Below, in pieces: positions 30,808 through 44,503 of a DNA stretch of 64,000 bases. A program made the translations under genes and the position numbers. This DNA is from Chrysomallon squamiferum (Eukaryota > Animalia > Mollusca), in assembly GCA_012295275.1 (NCBI GenBank), contig CM022672.1, forward strand, positions 34,224,001-34,288,000. The letters run 5' to 3'. The notes under the pieces were generated by a model. The model saw only the letters and a program-made list of their open reading frames with translations. It was not told the DNA's origin and did no database searches. Numbering within the stretch: position 1 is the first letter of the stretch; each line of letters opens with the position of its first letter.

Positions 30808-32058
30808 GGTTTTTTTCATTAATTTAAAAACTGTTATAGATATATAAAAAATTATTGGAACTAAATAAAATATATATTTACATTTAAAAAAAAATATATA
30901 TAAAAGGCACTTACTAATGTGCTACTCAGAAACAGATATATTCATATAAACACATACACATTATACATACACCCACATACAAGTTTAAAATATGTTTTCT
31001 GAAAAATTACTAATTTTACTGTAAATGAAATACTAGAGAATAATTACACTGAATCTTTAATGATAATAAATGTAATTAAACGATTAAATTAGCAAAGTTA
31101 GACAACTCTACAAAAAATAAAATTTGTTTCTAATGTGTAAAATAAAATAATTTGCATAAATTCCAAAAATTGCAAGATAAAATATCTTTAAAATAAAAAT
31201 AATTAAAATACCAAAAAAGAAAAATAGAATAAAAATAATCAAATAATGAAGGCTGATGTTCACAAATGAGACAAATATTTGTTCAGCATTATTTAAGATT
31301 CCCTGAATCAATGCAGTAATACTAATACAGCAAATATAAACAATAAATTGTAGAATTACATCTGGTCATGGATAATTTTAATTATATAAACTATTTTTTA
31401 TTATTATTATTTATTTTTTAATTTAAAAAACAAAAGCAAATAAACAAAATTCTGGAATAGTAAAATGAAATAATCAAAATGTTTGAGATCTAGTATTATA
31501 TAAAAGAAATTATTTGAGAAATAACTAAAACACTTATAAACAATATTTTAAAAACGAAAAATGATATGTAACTAACTAATCTACAAGTTGATAACTAAAT
31601 GATAAATAATTAATAAAAATTTAACACAAGTAATATTAATGTCATTTAACTAATTACCATAAGTAAGGTGTGAATCATGTTACCATAAATTAATTAAAAA
31701 GCAAAAGAAAAATTTAGATAATTGTCATAAGGAATCAACATCATATTAAGGATAGCACCCTACCATAAATTAACAATGTTAATTAATATATATATAAAAT
31801 AAACATGTACATCAGATCTAAATAACAATAAAAAGAAATACAGGCAACATAAACTATGTCAGTTGTTACACAGAACATTGTAAATTCCATTACTGATACA
31901 AAATATTCACAATTATGACTAACGTTTGGTGACAATTTTTGTTACTGTAAGGCATCACAATAAAAGCAAATTCTGTTATTAAAATGTTTTGTTATGAATT
32001 ATTGTTTTTATACTAATGACAACATTTTTATAATTTTTTTTTTTTTTTTTTTTTTTTA

Positions 32059-32329
32059 CAGATTTTGATCCTGTTATCCAAAAAGCTCTGAAATCTTAAA
32101 CTTTTTCCCAAACAGTAGATATAATGATGTCTTACAATTCTTGGATTGTTTTGCATATACAAACTTTATTTTGTGCACAAAATTATTAAAAACTATAATA
32201 ATAAAAGTTGTATTTGAAATATAAATGATGTTCATGTTTAGAGTTAGAACCATTATATTCCAAAATCAAAAAAAACATTCTGATATCCAAACAAATCTTA
32301 AGTTTTTGGGATAAAGAATTCTCAACCTT
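32059..32329. mobile_element. Degenerate Tigger/pogo-like MITE remnant
   Basis: Decayed inverted ends ta-CAG...TTATCCAAAA / TTTTGGGATAAAGAATTCTCAACCT flanked by TA; shares CTCTGAAATC with the 23.8-kb copy. Confidence 0.45.
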
Positions 32330-32829
32330 TACTTGACCTTAATGAAAAATAAAATAATTATTTTCAATCAAGTTTACAAGATCCACAATTAATACAATAG
32401 TAATACTTTAATGATTAAAAAAGTATCATTATAAATTAAGTGACTAAAGCAAAATAACATTTAGATGTCATAGAGGAAATATTTAAATAAGGAGGTTACT
32501 CTGGAGTAATGTTGAGCAAGGTGACAATTTTATAAAAATATAAGACAAAAAATATTTTATGGAGTCTTACAGATGTCTACATTAATATATATCCAAAATA
32601 AAAAAATAGCTATAAAAGACTGATTATGAAATAATAAAGATTTACAGCTGCAACTTGGTTGTAACCTGAATTTTAGTTAAAAACATATTTTTTTGAGAAA
32701 TTAGAATTCTCATTCACATGGATGCACTTTGGTTTATAAAAAATATACAGTGATCAATCCAGTAATATTTTTTATTATAACCTTAGATAATATCATTAAT
32801 TATGTTTTTGTATAAAAAATTTGCATTGA

Positions 32830-34040
32830 AAATAACATTTTGTGACTGTATTAAAACAGTTGTAAAGAATATAGCATTTTGCGACTATATTAAATTAGCT
32901 GTAAAGATGTATAGTGTTTTGTGATTAAATTATTAAACTGTAAAAATATATAACATTTTTTAACAGTATTAAAATATTTGCTATGAATACAGCATTTTGT
33001 GATTGTATTAAATTGCTTAAAAAAAAAAAAAATAATAATAATACAGCATTTTATGATTGCATTAAACTTTGTGAAGACTACAGCATAAAAAAACTATTAA
33101 AATTAGTTGTAAAGAATATAGCATTTTGTGATTGTATTAAACTATGTAAAGAATATAGAATTAAAAAAAAAGTTCAATGTACAACTATTAAATACATTGA
33201 ATATACCAATTTATGACTATACTAAACTGTGTAATGAATATATCATTTTGTGATTGTATTGAATTGTGTAAAAAATATAGCATTTTGTGATTGTACTGAA
33301 TTGTGTAAAAAATATAGCATTTTGTGATTGTACTGAATTGTGTAAAAAATATAGCATTTTGTGATTGTACTGAATTGTTTAAAAAAAAATATATAGCATT
33401 TTGTGATTGTATTAAATTGTGTAAAAAACATAGCATTTTGTGATTGGTTTGAATTGTGCCAAAAATAAACATTTTGTGATTGTATTAAATTGCGTAAAAA
33501 AATATAGCATTTAGCAATTGTATTGAATTGTGTAAACATTATAGCTTTTTTGTGATTATATTGAATTGTGTAAAAAATATAGCATTTGGTGATTGTATTA
33601 AATTATCTAAAAAACACTAAAAAAAGAAATATTAAAATGAGCTGTAAAGTAGATATCTTTTTGTGACTTTATTAATTTGTGTAAAGTATACTGCATTTCG
33701 TGATTGTATTAAACTATATAAAGAATATAGCATTATTGTGATTCTGTTAAATTATCTAAGGAATATAGCATAAAAAACAATTTAAAAAACCTTTTAAAAT
33801 TAGCTGTAAAGTATATAGCATTTTTTTAAACTGAATAAAGAATATAGCATATTGTGATTGTATTAAATTATCTAAGGAATATAGCATAAAAAAAAAATAA
33901 TTCTAAAATTATCTGTAAACTATATAGCATTTTGTGATTGTATTTTGTGATTGCATTTTGCAACTGTATTAAACTGAATAAAGAAAACTGCCTATTATAA
34001 TTAGCTGTAAAGAAGATAGCATTTTATGACTGTGTTCAAA
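32830..34040. repeat. About 38-40-bp minisatellite with homogeneous core and decayed edges
   Basis: Unit AAAATATAGCATTTTGTGATTGTA(T/C)TGAATTGTGTAA. Confidence 0.9.
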
Positions 34041-35611
34041 TAGCTGATGCAAGTATATCACTAAATAAATAATCATTTTTTAAGACAATTCTGAGGTGAT
34101 CAAAAGACTATGAAATCTGTCATGGTTAATAAAAAGTGATAACTGTATTTTTTTTAAAAGGGTATTCTCACTATATAACACATCAGATATGAGCATGAAC
34201 TGTACTTTGAGAAAAAAATAACAAAATTAGTTTTATTTTTATTTTGGTAAAGGAAACCCTAAAAAAATGTTGAAAAATTCATTTCTTCTCTAACATCACC
34301 AAATATGTAACATATCATAGATATATCCCACATGTCAAAGTATTATACTGTGTGAAAACAAAAGTAATAAAATGAATTTCTAATTCTGGTAGGAGTGACC
34401 CAGTTGTATAGTGGGTTAAAAGCATATCATTTATTTAGTATACAGAAATATATGTTATGTAATACTTATGGTGCAGACATTTCGTATTAAATAATCATAC
34501 AATGTAAAAAGTAATAAAGTTGAATTTTTATTATGGTGGGAGGAACCCATTTTGTAAAGGGTTTATACTCACATCATCTGTTTAGAACACAACACAATTC
34601 TACAACACTTATCACACAAATACTGAGTTTGTTAAAGAATTGTACTGTGAGAAAAAGAAATTCAAATTCAAATTTTACTTTTGGTAAGAGTAACCCCTTT
34701 TGTGGTCACACATCATTTTTCATTATCAACAGTATAATTCTGTAACATTATATGATGCAAAATTTCATGTCAAAGAACCATACTGTGAGAAAATTAACAC
34801 AATAATATTTTCAATTTTGTAGAAGTAACACATTTTGTAATGGGGGTTACTCTTTCCAGTCATGATTTTAGAACACAGTACATTCTGTAACAAACTATTA
34901 TGATTTCTATAATGAGAAGGCCCTTGTACTGATATGAAATTAATACAAGTGATATTTTAACACCTGTCTAGGAAAACTAGAATGTTTATGGGTAAAATAA
35001 ATTAACAACAAGGATACAAAAATTAAACAAAATTGTAGAAATATAAATTGGAATATTTACTGATAAAAGGTAATTGTCTATAAAATGATATAGTAGAGAT
35101 AATAAAACATATAAAATTTGAAACTGATAACTTGTCAAATATACAAAACAATAATAATTCAGAATAGGTTAAATGGCACAAAAATATAACTAACCTTTCT
35201 TTTTTCTTTTTTTTAAAAACAAGGTAATTATAACAAAATTCCTGACAAAAATTGGTAACAAATACTATTTGGATGCATGCAGACATAAGTAAGTTTTAGA
35301 AAACATTACTAGAAACAAAAAATCATATCAAAATATTTTTCAATTAAAAAAAAAAAAAAAAAAACCTAATTGAGCACATTGTAGTAAGCATTTCAGTTAA
35401 AATGGATTTTAAAAAAAATCCATTAAACCAAACTGCTTAACTGATACTTTTTAAAATAACCTGTTTCCAAACGATGCTGCAATGAAACGATTTATTTAAG
35501 TCAGCCACTACTAGCTGAAATAGCTCAGCTGAACTCTTTCGAAATAACCTATCTACTCTAGAGGTAAAGAATCCATTTACTTGAGTCAGGTGATGGATGC
35601 TGCAACCATTT

Positions 35612-35769
35612 TTAACTCCAGTCAGTGGGGGGATAACCTTCGAACAACCCGTTGAATATGATGCAAAATGCAACGAAGCCGAGATAGATTGCCATGGTAA
35701 CCCAGCCAAGAGTTGTCTCCCATGGAAGTTCATTGATGTTCTTGAGAATAGGAATACCAAGCAGCAATC
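35612..35769 (-). CDS. RHBDL: Rhomboid last coding exon (GLLLGIPILKNINELPWE...IIFNGLFEGYPPTDWS*)
   Basis: ttttttcAG acceptor; seventh TM segment; TAA stop at 35614-35612. Confidence 0.93.
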
Positions 35770-35807
35770 CTGAAAAAAAATTAATAATTAACTTAATAAT
35801 TTCGTCC

Positions 35808-35852
<45 letters not shown>

Positions 35853-36023
35853 ATAAATGTTTTATTTGATTTATTTGTTAAATTAAAACCTATGCTAAAT
35901 ATTAACTACAATGATAGATTCAGTTATGAGCTTCACTGCCAAATAAAATAAATACTCTTTATTATATAGGCAAAGAGTTACTTCCCTTGGTTTGCTTAAA
36001 TGAATTTGAAGAAAAAAAAAAAA

Positions 36024-36056
<33 letters not shown>

Positions 36057-36916
36057 CTTTGGAAAGGTATTTTACAAGTCAACAAACAAACAGTAACAGG
36101 CATTAAATACTGAAACTGTCCTATATAAGTATAACCCTTGTATCTATATTTTTAGTGGTTTGATAAACATGCAAGTTATTCTTGTTACTGGACCAGGTCA
36201 TTCATTATATTATAACACTATTTCAATAATAATTTTATTTTTGTCTGTAACAGATAGATGCACTAATAACAGAAACATCATTGTACATATATTTCTTGTA
36301 TTATCTACAGTGGCTCATATATAATTGCAGTCTATGTAATTTCTTTCATCATACACTGCCCACTTGAACCATTAGGGCATATTTCAAATTGTTTTTCTTT
36401 TAAATTTTCTATATCTCAAGCTATGATTACATGCACAGAATAGTTAAAAATGAATGTTACAAACAAAAAAATAATAAATATAAAAACAAAACTTTATCAT
36501 TTTAGAAAACAGTTGTTTTTAGAAATTTCAATAACTTGGGCTATGCTTATATTCAAAACCAATTCTAAAAGAATGCATTAGGAAAAAATTAATAGATATA
36601 AAAATTCAAATATTTGGTATCTTAGGCTTTTCTTACATTCACAGCTAATTCTAAGAATGAGTGGTAAAGGGAAAAATAAAAAATAAAAAATGATAATAAA
36701 AATTAAATTAAAAATAAAAATAAATAAAAATTTGTTACCAGCACCAAATCCACCTATGTGGGCCGTCACTCCAACTTTGTAAGCGTCTGGTTCAGACACA
36801 CGTCTGTATATTGCCAGAGATGTGTCTGGAACAACTGAAATAGTAATAATAATAACAATAATAATAATAATAATAATAATAATGGTAATAATAACAGTAA
36901 TAATAAAAAAAATTAG

Positions 36917-36947
<31 letters not shown>

Positions 36948-37070
36948 TAATAATAATAATAATAATAATAAGAGTAATATTAATATAATAATAATAAAAT
37001 TTTTAGTAAAAAAAATTAATAAAAATAACAATAATAATAATAGTAATAATAATAAAAAAAAAAAATAATA

Positions 37071-37120
<50 letters not shown>

Positions 37121-39852
37121 CACCTCTAAAACAACAGAGAATAATCAAACTTAGCAATAAGAACAAGTAAAACAACTATGACAGTATGGCTACTAAATTT
37201 TGCTTAAATCAGAACTGTACATTTTAGAAAACACAAATGAGATAGCAAATTCAAAGTGATAATGCTATTAACCTTTACAAAAAACACATTATTATTTTTC
37301 TTTTTTTTTCTTACCTAGAACCAAGATAATCAACAAACGAACTGGGGCACTTAACAAAACTCTAGAAATAGTTCCTTCACAGCATTTGTAGTTCATCTCC
37401 TTCCAGTTCTGAAAGTAACAAAACATTTAGTATTTACATTTATCAAACTCTTGAAATAGTTCCTTCACAGCATTTGTAGTTCATCTCCTTCCAGTTCTGA
37501 AAGTAACAAAACATTTAGTATTTACATTTATCAAACTCTTGAAATAGTTCCTTCACAGCATTTGTAGTTCATCTCCTTCCAGTTCTGAAAGTAACAAAAC
37601 ATTTAGTATTTATCAAATTTATCAAGTTCCTCCACACATTTGTAGTTCATCTCCTTCAATTTTAAACATTGTATTTATTATACATCTTGAAATGTTGTGC
37701 ATTTGGGTTCATTTCCTTGGAGGAGGGTAACAAAACATTTAGTATTTGAGTTTATGAGTGTGTGAAATGAGATGTTCATTTTGGATGATATAACAGAACA
37801 TTTGTTTATGTTTTCTATGAATGCATGTGTAGATTTGTAGTTATCTGTGAGTGTCTACACATAACAAATTTGCATTTACATTTATCAATATCTAGAAATG
37901 TTCCTTCACAGCATTTGTATATTTTCAATGTTGAAATAGTTCCTTCATATTTTTAATAACAAAACAATTATTTTCATTTGTTTATTATAGTTTTAATAAC
38001 AATTATTTTCAATGTTTATCATATTTTAATTTACCAATGTTTGCATTTTAAACCTTGTTATTATTATACATAATCAATCAAATTATAATAATTGGGTGAG
38101 ATGTGTTTTTTAAACGTTTTTAAACTAATTTGTTGTATCTGTGACATATACAAATGACTAATATATGTCTATCAATGAATTTTGTTTTATCATAAAACAA
38201 TTCAGTTTGTGTTTTATTTATTTATGTAACAATTACTGTGTTTATTATATAATCAAATTTTTAAATGTATTTTAAACAAATTATAATAATTCAGTGACAT
38301 TTAAATGTTTTAAACAAACTTAACGTGACATATACTGATGTCTAGTAATGAATTTATTCTAAAAACTCTCAGTTTGTGTTTTATTTATTTATGTACACAC
38401 ACATAATCAAATTTAAATGTTTTAAACAAATTTAACGTGACATATACTGATAAGTCTAAAAATTCTCAGTTTGTGTTTTATTTATTTATGTACACACACA
38501 TAATCAAATTTAAACGTTTTAAACAAACTTAACGTGACATATACTGATACATCTAGGAATGAATTTATTCTAAAAACTCTCAGTTTGTGTTTTATTTTTA
38601 AAACTTACCACAACCACGGAGGCAATGTGAGCTCCCAGCAAAGCATACACCCCCCCACTAGCCCCCACCAGCTGTACCGCATGATCAGTCAGTGAATGAG
38701 CCATGGAACCTGAAACACACACAAAAAATATCATTTATACATATACATGTATATACACACACGAGGAATACATAAAATTCTAATTAATTAGCAATACATT
38801 TAATTATTGAATATATATATTTTTTTTTAATTTGACAAGGGCAAAGAAGTTTTTTTTCTTCCTCCATAATTATGAGGAGGTAAAATCCAGTTAATGGAGC
38901 ATTTGCAAGAACGGGATAAACCTTGCATGTATTGGAAATGGGTAAAATAAATTAACTGGATCACTTATGTGGACTGATCCTGTTGTTGTTTATCACATTT
39001 CGAATGAGTGTCACAAACACTGGACTACATAAAATATTAATGTGTGACGCACACCCACAAAATGAGTTTTAGAACCAGTCTCAGTGAAATGTGATGACTG
39101 AAAAGAAGTTGTTGATGTTAAAGAGTTGACAGGAAGCATTACAATGATGCTCAATTTTATTTTTTAATCACTTTTAATTTTACACAATTTCACAATGAAA
39201 AATAAATGAAAAGACAAAAAGAAAAAGATAAAGAAAACGTCAAAACTCATGATAAACCGTATGACGGCAATCATGACTTTGAGTACCTTTCATGGAAGCA
39301 AGTCATAAATTTGGTAGTTGTTAAAACAAAGTAAATATGTAGCATGTGCATGATAATTACAACAGTGTAATAAAAACTGTTTATCTCAATCATTTTCACA
39401 GTCAAAATCTGTTATTCCTCACAGATGTTGTCAGCTGTTGATGTGAAACTAAATCTAGATAAACTGATTTTGTCTGGCTTTAGATGTTTCTCTTTACTCT
39501 GATGTCAACAAACCTGCTTATTACTGAAGACAAAGAGCTTCACATTTCCTTTTTTTAAAAAGATTTTAGCCTGCAGTGTAACAAAATGTTTAGTAATAAA
39601 GATATTTTCAAAACATTTAGTTTATGTTTTATTTTTTTAAATTGTCTTTCTGACACCTTACCACAATGTTGTAGTCAATTTGGGCTTCCAGGAAGCATAG
39701 ATCCCTTCATTAATCCCCTGCTAGTTGTAATTAAATATTTATAAATTTTGAAAATTTGTGTGTTTGTATGTATGTATGTGTAAGCCTATGTGTATGCCTG
39801 TGTATATTTTGTTATGTGTATGTCTGTATCTGTATAAATATATAAATATGTG

Positions 39853-39943
<91 letters not shown>

Positions 39944-41459
39944 AGGGGTAAAATAACCTTACTTCAGAAGGCTCATCAATAAAAATGTATACTGAAACAA
40001 ACAACTACATACTTTCTATATTTAAACATGACCCAAACAAAAACAAACAAATGACTAACATGTCAAATATCTGAATAAACAGGTCAGTGATTATTCTGTT
40101 TTGTTAGTGATTGATGTAAATGATAGAACAGAAGTAGGATAATAATATATCTGACATAAACAAAACTATTGTGTCACTACAGTTAAATTTGAAGTAACAA
40201 ACAAAGTTAAGTTTAATATATTTAAACAGTGCTTGTAATGTAATTTCCAAAAATCCCCATTCTCTCTGTCACACATAAAACAAAACATACACACATACAC
40301 ACATATATATACATACAGGTACAAACGAATATACCTTTATATGTTTGCTGTTTTGTGTGTTTTAAAATATTTAGCATTCTAATTGTTATTTTTCTAAATT
40401 TATTTATTTAGCTTCATACAGGGTCTGGAGTATTAAACAAATATTTGTTTTTTTCATTCACTGATAAGAGAGTGACAGCCATAGCAGATATTAAGTTTAA
40501 CAATGAAGTATCAAATTTATCAGGAGATTATTCAGTTCTTATTTATGTTACTTAAACTGGCTGCAGAAGAACCAAGTTTTAATTCACAAGTTAAAAAATT
40601 AGCTAAAAAATCTTAGAAATGTGTCAGAAAAGCTAACAGTTTATTAATTTATTGTAAGACAGAATGTTCCTACAAAACTAATGATGAAGAATGACGAGTT
40701 TATATGAAGATTTATGATCTATAAACATTTGTTAATATAATAACATTTATGTGTAATTTGAGCACTTGCGCACACACATACACACACACACACACACACA
40801 AAGAAAAGACACACACACACACACACAAAGACACACACACAAAGACACACACACACAGACACAGACACAAAGAAAACACACACACACACAGACACACACA
40901 CACACACAAAGAAAAAAGACACACACCTGCTATTACTCCAAGGATGTATAAAATGAGAATTCTCCACCACTTGTGTACTATTTCTAACATGAGTCCAAAC
41001 AGAAGCTGAAATATCATGTTTGATATGAGGTGAATGTATCTGAAAATAGAGTTATACAAAAATAAAAATAAATAATTAATATAAAAACAATGGATGAAGT
41101 GTTATTCCATGTCAAATCTATTCTATATTTGTGAGGGAATCATGAAAAAAGAAAATATATTAATAATAAATAAATTAATAAATTACTTTTTACAGTCCTA
41201 CGGCTTTATTTTGATTTGCTTCATTTATAATAATAGCAGCAACAACAACAACTCAACAACAAAAAGGAAAAGATTATTTGAATTATTTCTCTAGGTCAAT
41301 TTGAATTTGCTATCCAAGCAAGGGATTATTTACATGTCAATCACATTTCCAGGAGAGTATTTTATAACATGATAATAGTAACTTAACATGTACCCACACC
41401 CACCCTTTACGATAAACTAGATAAACTGACTGAATGAAAAAACACCCACAAAGCATACC

Positions 41460-41524
<65 letters not shown>

Positions 41525-42949
41525 TGTATGTGTATGTGTAACAATACCTACACACTATAATCAAAAACAAAACATAATAATCATAAATACATTTTCAAAA
41601 ATCTCATTTTTTAATAACAAACTCAATAATCATCATGCTTCTAAATTTCTGCTAATTGAGAAACACTGAAACATCCCACACTAACAATAACACACTTTAA
41701 TCTAGTTGTGAACGGCAGACTGAAAAGACCCACCCCTGGTGTATCAGCATGTAGGTGAGGAAGCGCCACGCCTCGTACCTCCGGGTGGGTTTGTAGACCA
41801 GGGGACTGTAGTAGGGGAAGCCACTGGTTGCCGTGACGCTGATACCTTTACCCTTCATGTCCTCAGCATACACAATGAACACAATCACCTGCAGGAAAGA
41901 AGATAGTCTAGTCGAGATTTTGTAGATTTTTGTTCATTAAAGAAATAAACCCAAGATTAACTAAACATGAGATAGTTTTCTGCATTTTGAAAATAATTAT
42001 CATAAATACTGAACATAAATAATTATAATGGTGTTTATGATTATCACTAAAATAAAGGATAAACACTGAAAATAATAATTAATGAAATACAATAATTTTG
42101 AAAATAGTAATTATTAAAATATAATAAACCTTAAAAATATTCATTATTAAAATATGATAACTACTGAAAATAATCATCATTGAAATATCATAAATACTGA
42201 AAGAAAAAAGAACTATTATGATACATCCTGAGAAAAGAGATGATTACTATGACAAATACTGAATAGTAATACCTCTGCTATGGTTATGAGAGGGATAAAG
42301 AGGGGGGGCACTGGACAGCAGCTGTAGTTGGCTAAGAAATCATCTTTCAGCCTCTGTGGGACAATGTTCTCAATCGCTATGGCGAGGAATGACCTGAATG
42401 CTGACCTCTCCGCTTTGGTCAGCCCCTCATCACTGGTCATCTGAAAGTAAATCACATTTAGCTAATATAAGTAATAAGTTTAATATTACACACATACATA
42501 TAAATATATATATATATATATATACCATCTGAAATTAAATCATGTTCAGCTTAATGTAAGTAATACATTTAATATTACATACATACATATACATACATAT
42601 ATATATATCATCTGAAATTAAATCACGTTCAGCTTAATGTAAGTAATACGTTTAATATTACACACATACACATACATACACAACCTGCAGTTACTCCAAG
42701 AATATACAGCTAATATATACTTTTAATAGCACATGGTGAGCAAACATACTGAAACTCACAGAGAAAAAGAGAAGAAGAGAAAATAACATAGAGAAAGAGA
42801 TACAGTAGAAGGAGAGTGAAAATGTGATTGAAAAAGACCGAAACAGAGAAAGAAAGAAAGAGTTACAGGAGTTACAGAGTGAGAGAATGAGGGTATGAGA
42901 CAGACAGAGAGAGAAAGGGATTGAGAATTACAGAGAAAGACACACACAA

Positions 42950-42993
<44 letters not shown>

Positions 42994-44469
42994 TGATGAA
43001 TACCAGATCAATAAACTCTGTGTAGGTGATTCGCTCATCGTGGTTGGCGTCAGCTTTTCTCAGCAGGTAGGTTAGTCTCCTCTGTGGAATTTTCTCTGTG
43101 ATTCCCTCCTCCACCATCTCCTCATGCAGTTCAGTGACTCGCACTCCTTCTGGTCCATGCTGAACAGAATAACACACAATACAATATCATACAATTCAAA
43201 AACATACAATATTATACAATATTATACAATATAGCAGCATACAATATCATACAATACAGCAACACACAATATCATACAATAAACACCATACAATATCATA
43301 CAATACAGCAACATACAATATTGTACAATACAGCAACACACAGTATCATACAATATAGCAATATACAATATCATACAATACAGCAACATACAATATCATA
43401 CAATACAGCAACATACAATATCATACAATACAGCAACATACAATATCATACAATACAGCAACATACAATACAGTAACATACAATATCATACAATACAGCA
43501 ATATACAATATCATACAATACAGCAACATACAATATCATACAATACAGTAACATACAATATCATACAATACAGCAACACACAATACAGTAACATACAATA
43601 TCATACAATACAGCAATATACAATATCATACAATATCATAACATACAATATCATACAATATAGCAACATACAATATCATACAATACAGCAACATACAATA
43701 TTGTACAATACAGCAACACACAGTATCATACAATATAGCAATATACAATATCATACAATACAGCAACATACAATATCATACAATACAGCAACATACAATA
43801 TCATACAATACAGCAACATACAATATCATACAATACAGCAACATACAATACAGTAACATACAATATCATACAATACAGCAATATACAATATCATACAATA
43901 CAGCAACATACAATATCATACAATACAGTAACATACAATATCATACAATACAGCAACACACAATACAGTAACATACAATATCATACAATACAGCAATATA
44001 CAATATCATACAATATCATAACATACAATATCATACAATATAGCAACATACAATATCATACAATACAGCAACATACAATATCATACAATACAGCAACATA
44101 CAATACAGTAACATACAATATTATACAATACAGCAATATACATACAATACAGTAACATACAATATCATACAATACACACCATACAATATCATACAATACA
44201 CACCATACAATATCACATCACACAGTAACATACAATATCATATCACACAGTAACATACAATATCATATCACACCCATCACACAACATACCTTAAAAAAAT
44301 ATACAGCAAAATAACTTTCCATAAAAACATACCAAAAAATAAATTATACCGTAAAATAAGATGCCTCACCACAAAATGACAGACCATGAAAAAAGTACCA
44401 CAAAACAGCACACTACATCATAAACATCTAAATAACATACCATAAAATTAAAATAAAGTAATATATGAT

Positions 44470-44503
<34 letters not shown>

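Noticed and set aside
32830-34040. CRISPR-like or repeat-protein ORFs
   Set aside because: Tandem minisatellite; the ORFs are translations of the repeat.
35437-35951. ORFs 35437-35760 (-) and 35694-35951 (+)
   Set aside because: Alternative-frame and antisense shadows of the last rhomboid exon.
38870-39010. Possible second SINE remnant
   Set aside because: Too degenerate to support without an alignment.
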